From IMG/VR virus record IMGVR_UViG_3300003937_000092, positions 1-64,000 of that record: a stretch of 64,000 nt of DNA. One strand, given 5' to 3'. Position numbers and translations under genes: made by a program. Shown here one piece after another: positions 1 to 9,353 of this stretch. Each line of letters opens with the position of its first letter. The stretch's first letter is position 1. The notes beneath the pieces were generated by a model. That model did not search any database and had not been told where the DNA came from. It worked only from the letters and a program-made list of their open reading frames with translations. The stretch is from an uncultured virus (IMG/VR IMGVR_UViG_3300003937_000092) (lineage: Duplodnaviria; Heunggongvirae; Uroviricota; Caudoviricetes).

Positions 1-30
1 AAAACCCTCACATTTGTGGGGGTTTTATTT
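1..30. terminator. Intrinsic terminator hairpin
   Basis: aaaaccctcac-attt-gtgggggtttt stem with A/T tails. Confidence 0.7.
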
Positions 31-65
31 ACTTTAGTATATTATACTTAGATATTTGTTATAAT

Positions 66-290
66 ATGGGAAAAACTAAAGTAAATCTTAAAAGACATCT
101 ACTTAAAACTATTACATGGAGAATAATCGGAACAATAGATACCGTTGTTATTGGTTGGGTTGTTTCAGGTGACCCCCTAATTGGTTTAACTATCGGTTCA
201 TTTGAAATAATAACCAAAATGATACTCTATTTTATACATGAACGTGTGTGGTACAAAATTAATTTTGGTACTAAAAGGGTTACCAAATAG
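66..290 (+). CDS. DUF2061-like small membrane protein
   Basis: RHLLKTITWRIIGTIDT...LYFIHERVW signature. Confidence 0.8.
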   Translation: MGKTKVNLKRHLLKTITWRIIGTIDTVVIGWVVSGDPLIGLTIGSFEIITKMILYFIHERVWYKINFGTKRVTK

Positions 291-338
291 AAAAAACTCC
301 GTAAACACGGATATTTATTAGTTATAAAGAAAGATTTA

Positions 339-962
339 ATGGATTGGATAAGAATATTAGAAGTATTAGTTACCTCGGTTAGCTCAATAATTGTAGCTTT
401 AGTAGGTGCTGGTTTCTTTAGACAAATGAGAGACAAACAGGAGAAAAGTAGGTCTAAAGAGAAACTAATGGAACAAATCAAAAAAGACGAGATAGTACAT
501 CTCGCAATAAGAGACGTTAGACGAAGTTATAACGCCGATAGAGTATATATATGGCAATTTCATAATGGGGGTAGTTTTTATACGACCTCACCGATGCAAA
601 AATTATCAATTACTTATGAAAGATGTTCCGATGGATTAGAACGAAAAGCCGAAAAAAATCAAAATCATTTAATAACTAGTTTTACAAGTTACATCAAAGA
701 CACTATGGATGGTAAAATGTACTTCCCTAATGTCGAGGATATGAATGATATAGGTTTAAGGTCATTAGCTTATTCAAGTGGAACAAGAGGTCACTGTGCC
801 GTACCTATATATGATAAAGACAAGCATTTAGTCGCTATACTTTGTTTAGATTGGGTTTTTAGTGAAATACCTAAACAATATTTAAAGAAGGATGGTCAAT
901 TTACCCAAGATTTTATAGACGAATTTAGTACTGATGCTGACACATTAGACCCATACTTATAA
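339..962 (+). CDS. N-terminal TM plus GAF-like domain protein (possible T4 T-type holin)
   Basis: Hydrophobic residues 5-26, then ADRVYIWQFHNG...AVPIYDKDKHLVAILCLDW GAF-like pattern; ATATTTAT upstream. Confidence 0.55.
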   Translation: MDWIRILEVLVTSVSSIIVALVGAGFFRQMRDKQEKSRSKEKLMEQIKKDEIVHLAIRDVRRSYNADRVYIWQFHNGGSFYTTSPMQKLSITYERCSDGLERKAEKNQNHLITSFTSYIKDTMDGKMYFPNVEDMNDIGLRSLAYSSGTRGHCAVPIYDKDKHLVAILCLDWVFSEIPKQYLKKDGQFTQDFIDEFSTDADTLDPYL

Positions 963-963
963 T

Positions 964-1215
964 ATGTTTAATAAACATTTAAAACATTGTCTAAAATATC
1001 AAAAAGTTATATTAATCTTTTTGAGTTTATCATTATTATCTGTGGTAGACACTATAAAAGGTTATATAATAAGTGAATGTGGATACACAAAAGAATTCTG
1101 GATGGTAGAGTCAATTTCTTTACTATTATCTGTATTTTTACTATACTACTTATGGAACAATATCAATGATGGTTATTGTTACACTAAGAAAAAAGAAAGT
1201 AAAAATATAGATTAA
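964..1215 (+). CDS. Hypothetical 2-TM membrane protein
   Basis: ORF abutting neighbours; two hydrophobic segments. Confidence 0.6.
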   Translation: MFNKHLKHCLKYQKVILIFLSLSLLSVVDTIKGYIISECGYTKEFWMVESISLLLSVFLLYYLWNNINDGYCYTKKKESKNID

Positions 1216-1217
1216 AC

Positions 1218-1466
1218 ATGAAATTCACTTTAGACACTACAGAAAAAACAATTACAATAGAGGGTAATTTTACAAAAGTAGAGATGACCCAACTATTCGA
1301 TATACTAGATATCGAAAATATAGAGGAGTATACAATTCAAACAAAATCTCCTGATTTTTGGTATCAAACCAACACGTATAATCCTGATATACAACTATAC
1401 TCAACAAATAACACATTCGATAATAACTTAAAAGTCGTATATAAAAATATAGTAGACTCAATATAG
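1218..1466 (+). CDS. Hypothetical protein
   Basis: ORF in same-strand run. Confidence 0.65.
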   Translation: MKFTLDTTEKTITIEGNFTKVEMTQLFDILDIENIEEYTIQTKSPDFWYQTNTYNPDIQLYSTNNTFDNNLKVVYKNIVDSI

Positions 1467-1497
1467 TATAATTATATTTTAGTTTATATTTATTGTT

Positions 1498-1806
1498 ATG
1501 GGTACTTCAATGGAAAAATTCTTAGATAAAACTAAATCAGACAATAAAATTGTAGATATGTATACTGACGTAAGAAAATGGTTACAGTCAGAAGGTCATA
1601 CCACAATAACATCACAATCTATAAGTAAAGCTCCACACGATATATGGAGATTAATGGAAAATCTTAGAGGTGAAGTTTCAGTCTTAAGAGACACATTAAG
1701 AAGATACGGTATTTTAGAGTCTGACGATGTCTATGAGGAATGGTTGAAAAGTAGACTAAGTAAAATAGATAAACAGTACCCACTAATAGACGAAAGAAAT
1801 GATTAA
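1498..1806 (+). CDS. Hypothetical protein
   Basis: ORF with ATATTTAT just upstream. Confidence 0.65.
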   Translation: MGTSMEKFLDKTKSDNKIVDMYTDVRKWLQSEGHTTITSQSISKAPHDIWRLMENLRGEVSVLRDTLRRYGILESDDVYEEWLKSRLSKIDKQYPLIDERND

Positions 1807-2056
1807 TTTTATAAAAAACTTATTTAAACCTAAATTTGTCCCTCAGGATGAAATACAAGAGTTTCTTGTGAGTATTAATTTTAAACAATGTTCAGTAAAT
1901 AAGAATGAATTAATAAAAGATAATAGTAACCATAAAATTATTTATAATATGGATAAGTTATCTGTTAGTATAACTAAAGATGGTGGTACTATTGTTTTAA
2001 AATCTTTCGGTAACATTACTAAAATTAAGAGATTTATATCTAAATACTCTATTTAA
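1799..2056 (+). CDS. Hypothetical protein
   Basis: ORF overlapping previous stop. Confidence 0.6.
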   Translation: MINFIKNLFKPKFVPQDEIQEFLVSINFKQCSVNKNELIKDNSNHKIIYNMDKLSVSITKDGGTIVLKSFGNITKIKRFISKYSI

Positions 2057-2895
2057 ACACCAGTAAATTTTATTTTATTAACATCGTCTTTAAAGTAAAG
2101 TGGACTAATCTCACTAAAACTTTTAAGATATTCTATTCTAGACGAATCTTTTAAGTCCCAGTAAGGTCCGTGCTCATCTTCAAAGTCACCTATTAATTCA
2201 TGGTCCACTTCAGAATCACTCTTAAGTAATATTACAGCCCCTTTATTTGAATCTAAGACCTCCGTTATTTTATGAGTATAATCCTGATGATTTAATTCGT
2301 TAAGTTTTTCTACCATATTAACGTCCCCAATAACCCATGTAGAACTACCGAAGTGAACTGATTCTTCATCTTCCTCAACCTCACCATCACTACAATCTGG
2401 ACAACTATATGTCCCCATACCGTCACACTGAGTACACTCTATTTCACCTGACCCATTACACATACCACATTCATCATCTTCATCACTATCCCCATAAGGT
2501 TCACCCTCACCTGTACCTTCACATTCATGACACGTTTCTGAACCTGTATTTAAACACTCACGACAGTCTGCATCTCCAAGACCTGCACAATTTTCACATG
2601 AGATATCTCTAGCAAATAATTCATCCACATCACTCAGAGATAACATATATACTTCGTTCTCACTTCTCCATATTGCCGTTTCAATATCGTCACCCTTAAA
2701 CATAAAGAATATGATAAAAGATAATTTTACGATTTCTTTATTTGATAATGTAGTTTTTACTAATCTTTTTGTTGGCGGTAAGGACATGATTTGTCTTAAT
2801 ATATAACTCGCTCCAGGTGTTTCCTTAAATTTATTATTTGAAACTACCTTCTCGATATAAGTTTTAATTATTTTTGCTAGTTGAGCTAAATCCAT
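2053..2895 (-). CDS. DnaJ-type CxxCxGxG zinc-finger repeat protein
   Basis: CENCAGLG, CRECLNTG, CHECEGTG, CGMCNGSG, CTQCDGMG, CPDCSDG; no J-domain HPD motif. Confidence 0.75.
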   Translation of the reverse strand: MDLAQLAKIIKTYIEKVVSNNKFKETPGASYILRQIMSLPPTKRLVKTTLSNKEIVKLSFIIFFMFKGDDIETAIWRSENEVYMLSLSDVDELFARDISCENCAGLGDADCRECLNTGSETCHECEGTGEGEPYGDSDEDDECGMCNGSGEIECTQCDGMGTYSCPDCSDGEVEEDEESVHFGSSTWVIGDVNMVEKLNELNHQDYTHKITEVLDSNKGAVILLKSDSEVDHELIGDFEDEHGPYWDLKDSSRIEYLKSFSEISPLYFKDDVNKIKFTGV

Positions 2896-2946
2896 TGTAT
2901 TACGTTTTAATATAAATATTCAGATATTTATTTAAAAATACAAGAT

Positions 2947-3717
2947 ATGTCAAGCGTTTCAAGAATTAAGAACCTTATGAGAATAACAGAGCAACAAAAA
3001 ATTGTGGCACCTTCGGTTAACATAGATGCGTTAATTACTATGTTATTATTTATAAAGGATAAAAATCCTGAAGTAATTGAGGATATAGAAGACTTTGAGG
3101 ATGTTGATTTTTCTGAATTTACTGGAGTAAGTCTAAGTAATTACATTAGTAAAAATTTACCTTTATTTGGTTTACCTAAATTTGATGGAGCAATTGAAGA
3201 TTTTTATGGGAATTTTATATTAAATAATATTACGTTAATTCGTAATGGTGAAACTGACAAAACTAAGTATACCATACCAACTCTTAAAAAATTTGAAGTA
3301 TTAGGTGAAGAAAGGTATAGTGGTAGAAAAGGTGATTATTATAAATTATTCCTTGAAGGTTACTCAGAAGAGTTTATCACTAGACAAATTGAAACAGGAG
3401 AAATTGATGTATCAATGGGGGAATTCATTGAAGAAGAATGGGGTGATACATGGGATACTGAAAGGTTTGTAGATGATATTAAAGAAGTACCTATGAATAC
3501 CGACACCTCATATAAGACTCCGTCAAATAATTCATTAAAAGAAGATGTAGAGATTCAACCTGAAATTAAATCGGAAGACTTCATGGATTTCGTTAACGGT
3601 GAATACGATATTGAAACATTAGAATTAATGCAGTCAGTAATATCGGGTAGAGTTCGTAAACTAAAAAGTTTAATCGATATCGCCAATCGAAAAGAAATCA
3701 AAGGTTATAGAAAATAA
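2947..3717 (+). CDS. Hypothetical acidic protein
   Basis: 256-aa ORF; ATATTTAT upstream; RIKNLMRITEQ leader. Confidence 0.7.
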   Translation: MSSVSRIKNLMRITEQQKIVAPSVNIDALITMLLFIKDKNPEVIEDIEDFEDVDFSEFTGVSLSNYISKNLPLFGLPKFDGAIEDFYGNFILNNITLIRNGETDKTKYTIPTLKKFEVLGEERYSGRKGDYYKLFLEGYSEEFITRQIETGEIDVSMGEFIEEEWGDTWDTERFVDDIKEVPMNTDTSYKTPSNNSLKEDVEIQPEIKSEDFMDFVNGEYDIETLELMQSVISGRVRKLKSLIDIANRKEIKGYRK

Positions 3718-3785
3718 AAAGGGAGATGGTAGCGAAACCTCTCCCCTTAATCGCTCATAACTATAAGCGGTCCTAAACTCCTACA
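3716..3785 (-). ncRNA. 3'-UTR/terminator element with two arms antisense to 23S rRNA (~1911-1940)
   Basis: Plus strand GGTAGCGAAA (3728-3737) and TAACTATAA(G)CGGTCCTAA (3758-3776) match conserved 23S TAACTATAACGGTCCTAA|GGTAGCGAAA; two hairpins and a U-tract on minus strand. Confidence 0.55.
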
Positions 3786-3793
3786 ACAACAGA

Positions 3794-3925
3794 TTACCTG
3801 TCATACGGAGCCATATGTTTACTCTCTTCAGAGTCATTACCTTTAAACTTACATGTACAGTTTTCACACGTACATCCTTCATTTAGACATTTTTCTTTTT
3901 TACAAGTACAATTTTCACAAGCCAT
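3794..3925 (-). CDS. Metallothionein-like Cys-rich peptide (43 aa, not in ORF track)
   Basis: Manual translation MACENCTCKKEKCLNEGCTCENCTCKFKGNDSEESKHMAPYDR; 8 Cys in first 25 aa; starts 4 nt after upstream stop. Confidence 0.75.
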   Translation of the reverse strand: MACENCTCKKEKCLNEGCTCENCTCKFKGNDSEESKHMAPYDR

Positions 3926-3929
3926 AATT

Positions 3930-4145
3930 TTATTTTTTTACGTTTAGAAATTTTTCAACTTCTTTATTATTAGGGATACCCATTTCACGATTACATTCAC
4001 AACAATACACTCTCATGTTGTTGGTCCCATCTTTAAATTTAACACGAGTCTCTTTATGAGTACACTTTTCTTGTATACTCGTCATTTCAGTCTCTAAATG
4101 TTTAATTTGTTTTTCAATGTTATTAATTTTTTCTGCATTTCCCAT
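3930..4145 (-). CDS. Small coiled-coil/zinc-ribbon protein
   Basis: CTH...CCEC motif. Confidence 0.65.
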   Translation of the reverse strand: MGNAEKINNIEKQIKHLETEMTSIQEKCTHKETRVKFKDGTNNMRVYCCECNREMGIPNNKEVEKFLNVKK

Positions 4146-4173
4146 TCTTCCTATTTAAATTATTTATGGAATA

Positions 4174-4536
4174 CTATTTAAAATCAAATATAATACTTAT
4201 ATTTTGTTTTTCAAAATAGTTGTCAATCTTTTTTTTAAAATCAGGTAAAGCTCTTAAAAACTCTATCAGATTCATAAACTTTTGATTAACCTCCCCCTCA
4301 CTACTCATGTGAGATAATATCAAATTCTCTAAAGAACTGGCTTTTAATGGTAACATATTTTCTTTAATATTCAACTGTTCTTTCAATTCATCAGGTAACT
4401 CAAATGAAAGGGTATGTGAATGGTCACTTGAATCACTTAGAGGTATCACCTCGAAGTCAAAAAGACCACTTGGTCTCTTAGGTCCAAGCATAACGAAAAA
4501 GTCTCTCAATAGTTCTAATGCAACTTTGTTACTCAT
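4174..4536 (-). CDS. Hypothetical protein
   Basis: ORF with ATATTTAT upstream. Confidence 0.65.
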   Translation of the reverse strand: MSNKVALELLRDFFVMLGPKRPSGLFDFEVIPLSDSSDHSHTLSFELPDELKEQLNIKENMLPLKASSLENLILSHMSSEGEVNQKFMNLIEFLRALPDFKKKIDNYFEKQNISIIFDFK

Positions 4537-4584
4537 GTTAATAAATATTAGTACTTTGGTTAAATATAGTTTTTATAACTATTT

Positions 4585-5448
4585 ATGAATATGAGTATCG
4601 ACACACAATATGGAATGTTATTTAAGTTTATGAACCAATCTAGGTCTAAATATATGGGATTAGATTTAACTTATGACTTCGAACTTTTACCTGAAAATAG
4701 AATTTCTGTAGATATCTTCGCTGAAGGTAATTTTGATTTACCCATTAGAACTAAACAAATGTTTCGTAATATGTTTATGGAATTCTTTTTAAAAGATTCC
4801 AAATATTTTAACATACCGAGAAGTACTGTTGGGTTACTTGATTTCAATAATATATTATTAAACGGTGAGAGACTTGGAGATAGAATAACAATGGATGATA
4901 ACTTTAAAAAAGACTTAGTCAATGTTGAATCTAAATTAAAAAAATACTACTCAATTGATATTGCCGATTATCCACAGGGGTCATTTAGATTAGAGTCCTT
5001 CGATAATGATTTAAAAACCTATATTGAAATATTGGATGAAGATTCATTAATGTATACTGTTGATATTAAAGACTCTCAAAAAATAACACTAAATGGTAAT
5101 GAGTTTAATCGAAATACTATAGTGGACTTTTTAGACTCAGTAGATATAGGTTCACCAGATACTGACCCCGATTCAATATTTGAATCTATTTCAAATGCAG
5201 TTTGGGAAAACTCTGTTGAAGGGGATGGTACTTCTTTGGAATTATTTTGGGATAAATTAATGTCAAATGGTATGAACTACCAAAATTACTTTATGGAAAA
5301 TGTGGGGATGTTGTCTGTTGTTAATTTAAATAGTTATGATGGTATGTTTAACGATAATATACATAACTATAATACTGAATCACAATCAGAGGTTCTATCA
5401 ATATTTGTTGGTTGGTTAGAAACTAATAAGGGTAAGTATAAACTTTAA
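4585..5448 (+). CDS. Hypothetical acidic protein
   Basis: 287-aa ORF. Confidence 0.7.
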   Translation: MNMSIDTQYGMLFKFMNQSRSKYMGLDLTYDFELLPENRISVDIFAEGNFDLPIRTKQMFRNMFMEFFLKDSKYFNIPRSTVGLLDFNNILLNGERLGDRITMDDNFKKDLVNVESKLKKYYSIDIADYPQGSFRLESFDNDLKTYIEILDEDSLMYTVDIKDSQKITLNGNEFNRNTIVDFLDSVDIGSPDTDPDSIFESISNAVWENSVEGDGTSLELFWDKLMSNGMNYQNYFMENVGMLSVVNLNSYDGMFNDNIHNYNTESQSEVLSIFVGWLETNKGKYKL

Positions 5449-5960
5449 GAAATCTTTTTCCAAACACTACTATTCTCTGAACCAATGAAAGTATCTAAAT
5501 CTTCATCGTAATTTAGTATTGTCTCACCTCTATGATTAATGAGATTAAAATCAACATAAGGTACGTCCCCTAATGACAAACCCATTAACCTAAGGAATTT
5601 TTGTGAAATATATGGAAATATAACATTTTTAATAAATTCATACCCATTAAATTCTAAGAAACTATCGGCCTCAAGTTCAGGACGTAATTTATATACCTTT
5701 TTTAATTCTGGCATACTATCAGATATTTCATAAAAACCTTCTGTATTTAAAATCACATTAATAACTAGAGTACCCGGTTGTATCATTTCATAACCACCGT
5801 ATTTAATTGGCTCTTTAGAAGGTACAAAGTCTAACTCGATATCCTTTATTTTACCATCTAATACCTCATGGTCCATAACCATATTAGAATATTTAGCAAT
5901 ATCATCATACGACTTAGGCATTATCTTATTAAACATGTTATTCATTAAATTAAAATCCAT
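5445..5960 (-). CDS. Hypothetical protein
   Basis: ORF with ATATTTAT upstream. Confidence 0.7.
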   Translation of the reverse strand: MDFNLMNNMFNKIMPKSYDDIAKYSNMVMDHEVLDGKIKDIELDFVPSKEPIKYGGYEMIQPGTLVINVILNTEGFYEISDSMPELKKVYKLRPELEADSFLEFNGYEFIKNVIFPYISQKFLRLMGLSLGDVPYVDFNLINHRGETILNYDEDLDTFIGSENSSVWKKIS

Positions 5961-5989
5961 ACATATAAATATATGTGACCACCTTATGT

Positions 5990-6755
5990 TTCAAGACTTT
6001 CTTAAAATAGTGTTATTAATACGGGACGAAGGACCCGTTAAAAAAAATTTTTTAGAACAAAAGGACCGACCGAAGGTCGAGAAAAACGGTCCGAAATATC
6101 CGATACCGGCATATGAATGATTAATTAAGTATATTAAATCATTATATTCACACCATCTAAAGGTATTTCCAAAGAGTTTATTCCGACAGATACCTAAAAA
6201 AAACCCTCTTTTCATCGGTGAAATCCCCATTTAGTTATACTTTTAGGTGATTTTATTCACTAATGGTCATAACCCCCTCCCTTACTGTCGGAATCCCCCA
6301 TTTAGAAATAGTTATAAGGCACCATCCCTATATTACTGTTAATGGTGTTCTAAGTGGTGTTTTGTAGGACGTTTCGTAGATGAAACCGTGTTTTTAGGTG
6401 ATTTGGTTATAAGAGGGTGGGTTTATATGAGTCTTTAACCACACTACACTTTGGTTTTCTTCTCCTTACGGAGAATTATAGGTAGTGTATTTTATAATAG
6501 ACTGTTTCTCCACCCTGTTCTATAGGGATTATATGTTTACCCATATAGATACCCCCCTTTCTTATCCTTTATATGTATATCCGTATAATACCCCTTTCTT
6601 TTACTGTGTGTATATAAAGGGTGGGTATTATCTTATGGACTCTATAAAGGAGAATGTCTTATATAATACGTTGAGGAAACTTTGGAGTTATAACCTTGAG
6701 GTTTATAATAGAAAGTTTTATAGAGACCCGCCGCCTGAGAAATGTAGAGACAAAA
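5990..6755. other. Probable non-coding region with short repeats
   Basis: Only implausible ORFs; repeats AATCCCC(C)ATTTAG (~6222, ~6292), TTTTAGGTGATTT (6241, ~6392), near-palindrome TTTCATCGGTGAAA (6210). Confidence 0.5.
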
Positions 6756-6758
6756 AAA

Positions 6759-7055
6759 TTATAGTTTTATTTCCTCCCCGTTAGAATCATACTCCCTTAA
6801 TACGGTTTTATAGTTCCCTTTAAACTTATTACCTTTAATTAGAACTTCTTTAATGAAGTCTTCGGCTTCAAGTACACCACCTTTAAAGTGTAGGGGGAAT
6901 TTCTTTAGATTCTTAATACCTATGGAATCGTGTGTGACATATGTCCACCATTTAAAGAATAGAAATGATTTTTGTTGTTGTACAAAGAAACATACATCGA
7001 AGGATATCCCCTTACCGTTATAGAACTCTTCTCGAATTACTCTGTACTTACTCAT
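6759..7055 (-). CDS. Hypothetical phage protein
   Basis: KYRVIREE...FFVQQQKSFLFFKWW; host-type TATATTTG upstream (~7078-7085). Confidence 0.65.
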   Translation of the reverse strand: MSKYRVIREEFYNGKGISFDVCFFVQQQKSFLFFKWWTYVTHDSIGIKNLKKFPLHFKGGVLEAEDFIKEVLIKGNKFKGNYKTVLREYDSNGEEIKL

Positions 7056-7100
7056 ATAGTTATCTTTAAGTGTTCGACAAATATAGGATATAAAATTTAC

Positions 7101-8177
7101 TTATACAAATGAATTCTTAACCATGTTCTCATAATGTGTTACGGTTTTACCGTCATTAGATACTTTATAGTTTTTGTTTGGGAATACTGCGATGTTTTTA
7201 CCGTTAGAATATAATATGTAATCTATCTCTTTTTTTCTTTGGTACCAGTCTCTCATACCATATGTTTGAACTCTTACTCCTCCGTTCTTTAACCTCTCCA
7301 TCTTGGACGCTGGTTTGGTTTGATACCCTTTACCATTAACTTTAAAGTCTACACCACTCACACGGTCCTCTATGGACCCTAAACAGTATTGTGATATATC
7401 TTCATCAGTTAGTGTTGGGTTCTCTCTCTTAACGATGTCTATGACCTCGGCCTCTGTCTTCCATCCTCTTTCGAATGACTGTAGGTTTCTTTTTACTAAC
7501 GATTGTAGTATTGGGCTATCTTTTCCGAATATCTCTTCTTTGTTTTCTTTTAGATAATCTTTAAACCCTTCTAAAGTTACCTCATCGTTTTCATCTTGGT
7601 ATTTCTCTACTAATATTCTTATCACACCTGGATTGGTATCGAAGAAGTTTAGTATTGACCATCTCTCACCTTCCATCGCTGGAAAGATATCTATTACACC
7701 TTCTAAGGTTTGACAATCAGGTTCAGAAATTTTTCCCCAATTATTTGGGTACACGTCTTTTAATATATCTAATATTAGTTGAGGTATTCCTGAGGCCTTT
7801 GTTTTCAGTGTATTAACTGATAAGTTTTCTGACTTTCTTTTATCAGACTTAACTAATAACGTTTCTAAAAATTTTGGATATAATTGTCTAAGGTCATTAA
7901 CACTAACCCACATTTTATCACCTTTAACTCTAATGTCTTCGGAATCGAAACTTAAATCTTCACCCGTTTTTTTATTGGTAAGTATAACATTAGTGGAATT
8001 GGCTATTTCAGAAGGACTTTTACTTAAGTCGTTAAAATAAACATTAATTGGTTTATCATATTTAGACCATACATTTGCCCTGCCGAATTCTATTTTTGCG
8101 ATATCGGAAGAAACGTCTTGTGAATACATTTCCACAACATTTTCTTTTAATAAATTAACAAGTTTAATATCTTTCAT
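7101..8177 (-). CDS. PD-(D/E)xK-like nuclease domain protein
   Basis: GWKTEAE...GSIEDRVSGVDFKVNGKGYQTK (E...D...QxK). Confidence 0.6.
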   Translation of the reverse strand: MKDIKLVNLLKENVVEMYSQDVSSDIAKIEFGRANVWSKYDKPINVYFNDLSKSPSEIANSTNVILTNKKTGEDLSFDSEDIRVKGDKMWVSVNDLRQLYPKFLETLLVKSDKRKSENLSVNTLKTKASGIPQLILDILKDVYPNNWGKISEPDCQTLEGVIDIFPAMEGERWSILNFFDTNPGVIRILVEKYQDENDEVTLEGFKDYLKENKEEIFGKDSPILQSLVKRNLQSFERGWKTEAEVIDIVKRENPTLTDEDISQYCLGSIEDRVSGVDFKVNGKGYQTKPASKMERLKNGGVRVQTYGMRDWYQRKKEIDYILYSNGKNIAVFPNKNYKVSNDGKTVTHYENMVKNSFV

Positions 8178-8201
8178 ATTATATAAATATCTACGGTATT
8201 C

Positions 8202-8876
8202 TTATTGACAGGTGAAATTTTCCCCATCATAGGATATAGAAAGTGGTGACCTGTCAAAAAGGTCGGACATTATGTCATATAAGTCATCACAAGAAAAATA
8301 TTCTCTTTCTTCAATAGTATCTGTAGATTGACGGTCTCCGTCCCTTAAGGGTGGTTGACCAACATACTCAACTCTCATATATGGATTATCTGTTTCCCCT
8401 TTATATAAATAGTAACCTATATCCGCCTCTCTAATACTGTCATAACTAAGTCCTTCATATTGAGACTGAAGATATAAAATTAATTTATTTTCCAACCTAT
8501 CTATTTCATTATCGACTAATTCGTCATTTACATATGTAAACATTGGCTCATCCATATAATCCTGTAAGTTAACATATCGTAAGGCCCTTCCAATATGGTC
8601 ACCTATTTCATATATGTATTCTCCATATTTTTTATCATATGTAGGTGATGGTTCAAATGTTTTATCAACATCAATATCAACATCAAATTCAAAATAAAAT
8701 GGGATAGTATCTGAAGCTGTGTTCTGCCAATTAGCTCTATTTTTACGTATCATCATTGAATACTCAATACCTCCAAATTTACTAAACACTAACGCATCAA
8801 GAACTTTTACGGCCATTTTACCTTTTTCTTGTGCCTCAACCTTTAATTCACTATCTAAACTATTTTCTAACTCCAT
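8202..8876 (-). CDS. Hypothetical acidic protein
   Basis: 224-aa ORF; TATTTAT upstream. Confidence 0.7.
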   Translation of the reverse strand: MELENSLDSELKVEAQEKGKMAVKVLDALVFSKFGGIEYSMMIRKNRANWQNTASDTIPFYFEFDVDIDVDKTFEPSPTYDKKYGEYIYEIGDHIGRALRYVNLQDYMDEPMFTYVNDELVDNEIDRLENKLILYLQSQYEGLSYDSIREADIGYYLYKGETDNPYMRVEYVGQPPLRDGDRQSTDTIEEREYFSCDDLYDIMSDLFDRSPLSISYDGENFTCQ

Positions 8877-8903
8877 TTAATATAAATAGTTATATTTATA
8901 GTT
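8877..8903. promoter_or_regulatory. Back-to-back phage-type TATTTAT promoter motifs for a divergent gene pair
   Basis: ATAAATA-gtta-TATTTAT within a 27-nt gap between two start codons. Confidence 0.65.
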
Positions 8904-9353
8904 ATGGATAAAGATATAGATAAAATAGTTGAAATAGGTAAAGTACTTTTAAATACACCAACATTAAGGTCAATATATAAAGATAAATTTGAGATTAACT
9001 CTATTGATTTTGAATTTGTAGAAAAAACATCTAATAGTCAATTTACGGCACAATACGAACACTATATTTTTAAGGTAACATTATACACAGATATTTCACT
9101 TAATTTTGATGAAGGGATTAGAAGTGGTGAAATCGAAGGTTATGATGAAATAGAAAATGAAATATGGGAATACGGTATTGACCCATTTTATTTGGCGGAT
9201 GTTATAATACCTGAGCAAATACTAAATATTATTTTACCTAAGGGTAAGAATGGACCTAAAGTGGCCATTGAATTATCTATAATTGGAGATGAAGGTCAAG
9301 TTATTTGGAATGACCATATGTTTGGTAGACCCGCTAGTTCTCAATTTCACTAA
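8904..9353 (+). CDS. Hypothetical protein
   Basis: 149-aa ORF. Confidence 0.7.
   Translation: MDKDIDKIVEIGKVLLNTPTLRSIYKDKFEINSIDFEFVEKTSNSQFTAQYEHYIFKVTLYTDISLNFDEGIRSGEIEGYDEIENEIWEYGIDPFYLADVIIPEQILNIILPKGKNGPKVAIELSIIGDEGQVIWNDHMFGRPASSQFH

Noticed and set aside
5935..6784. ORFs 5935-6120, 5991-6230 and 6485-6784
   Set aside because: Overlapping, unusual composition, no recognisable motifs
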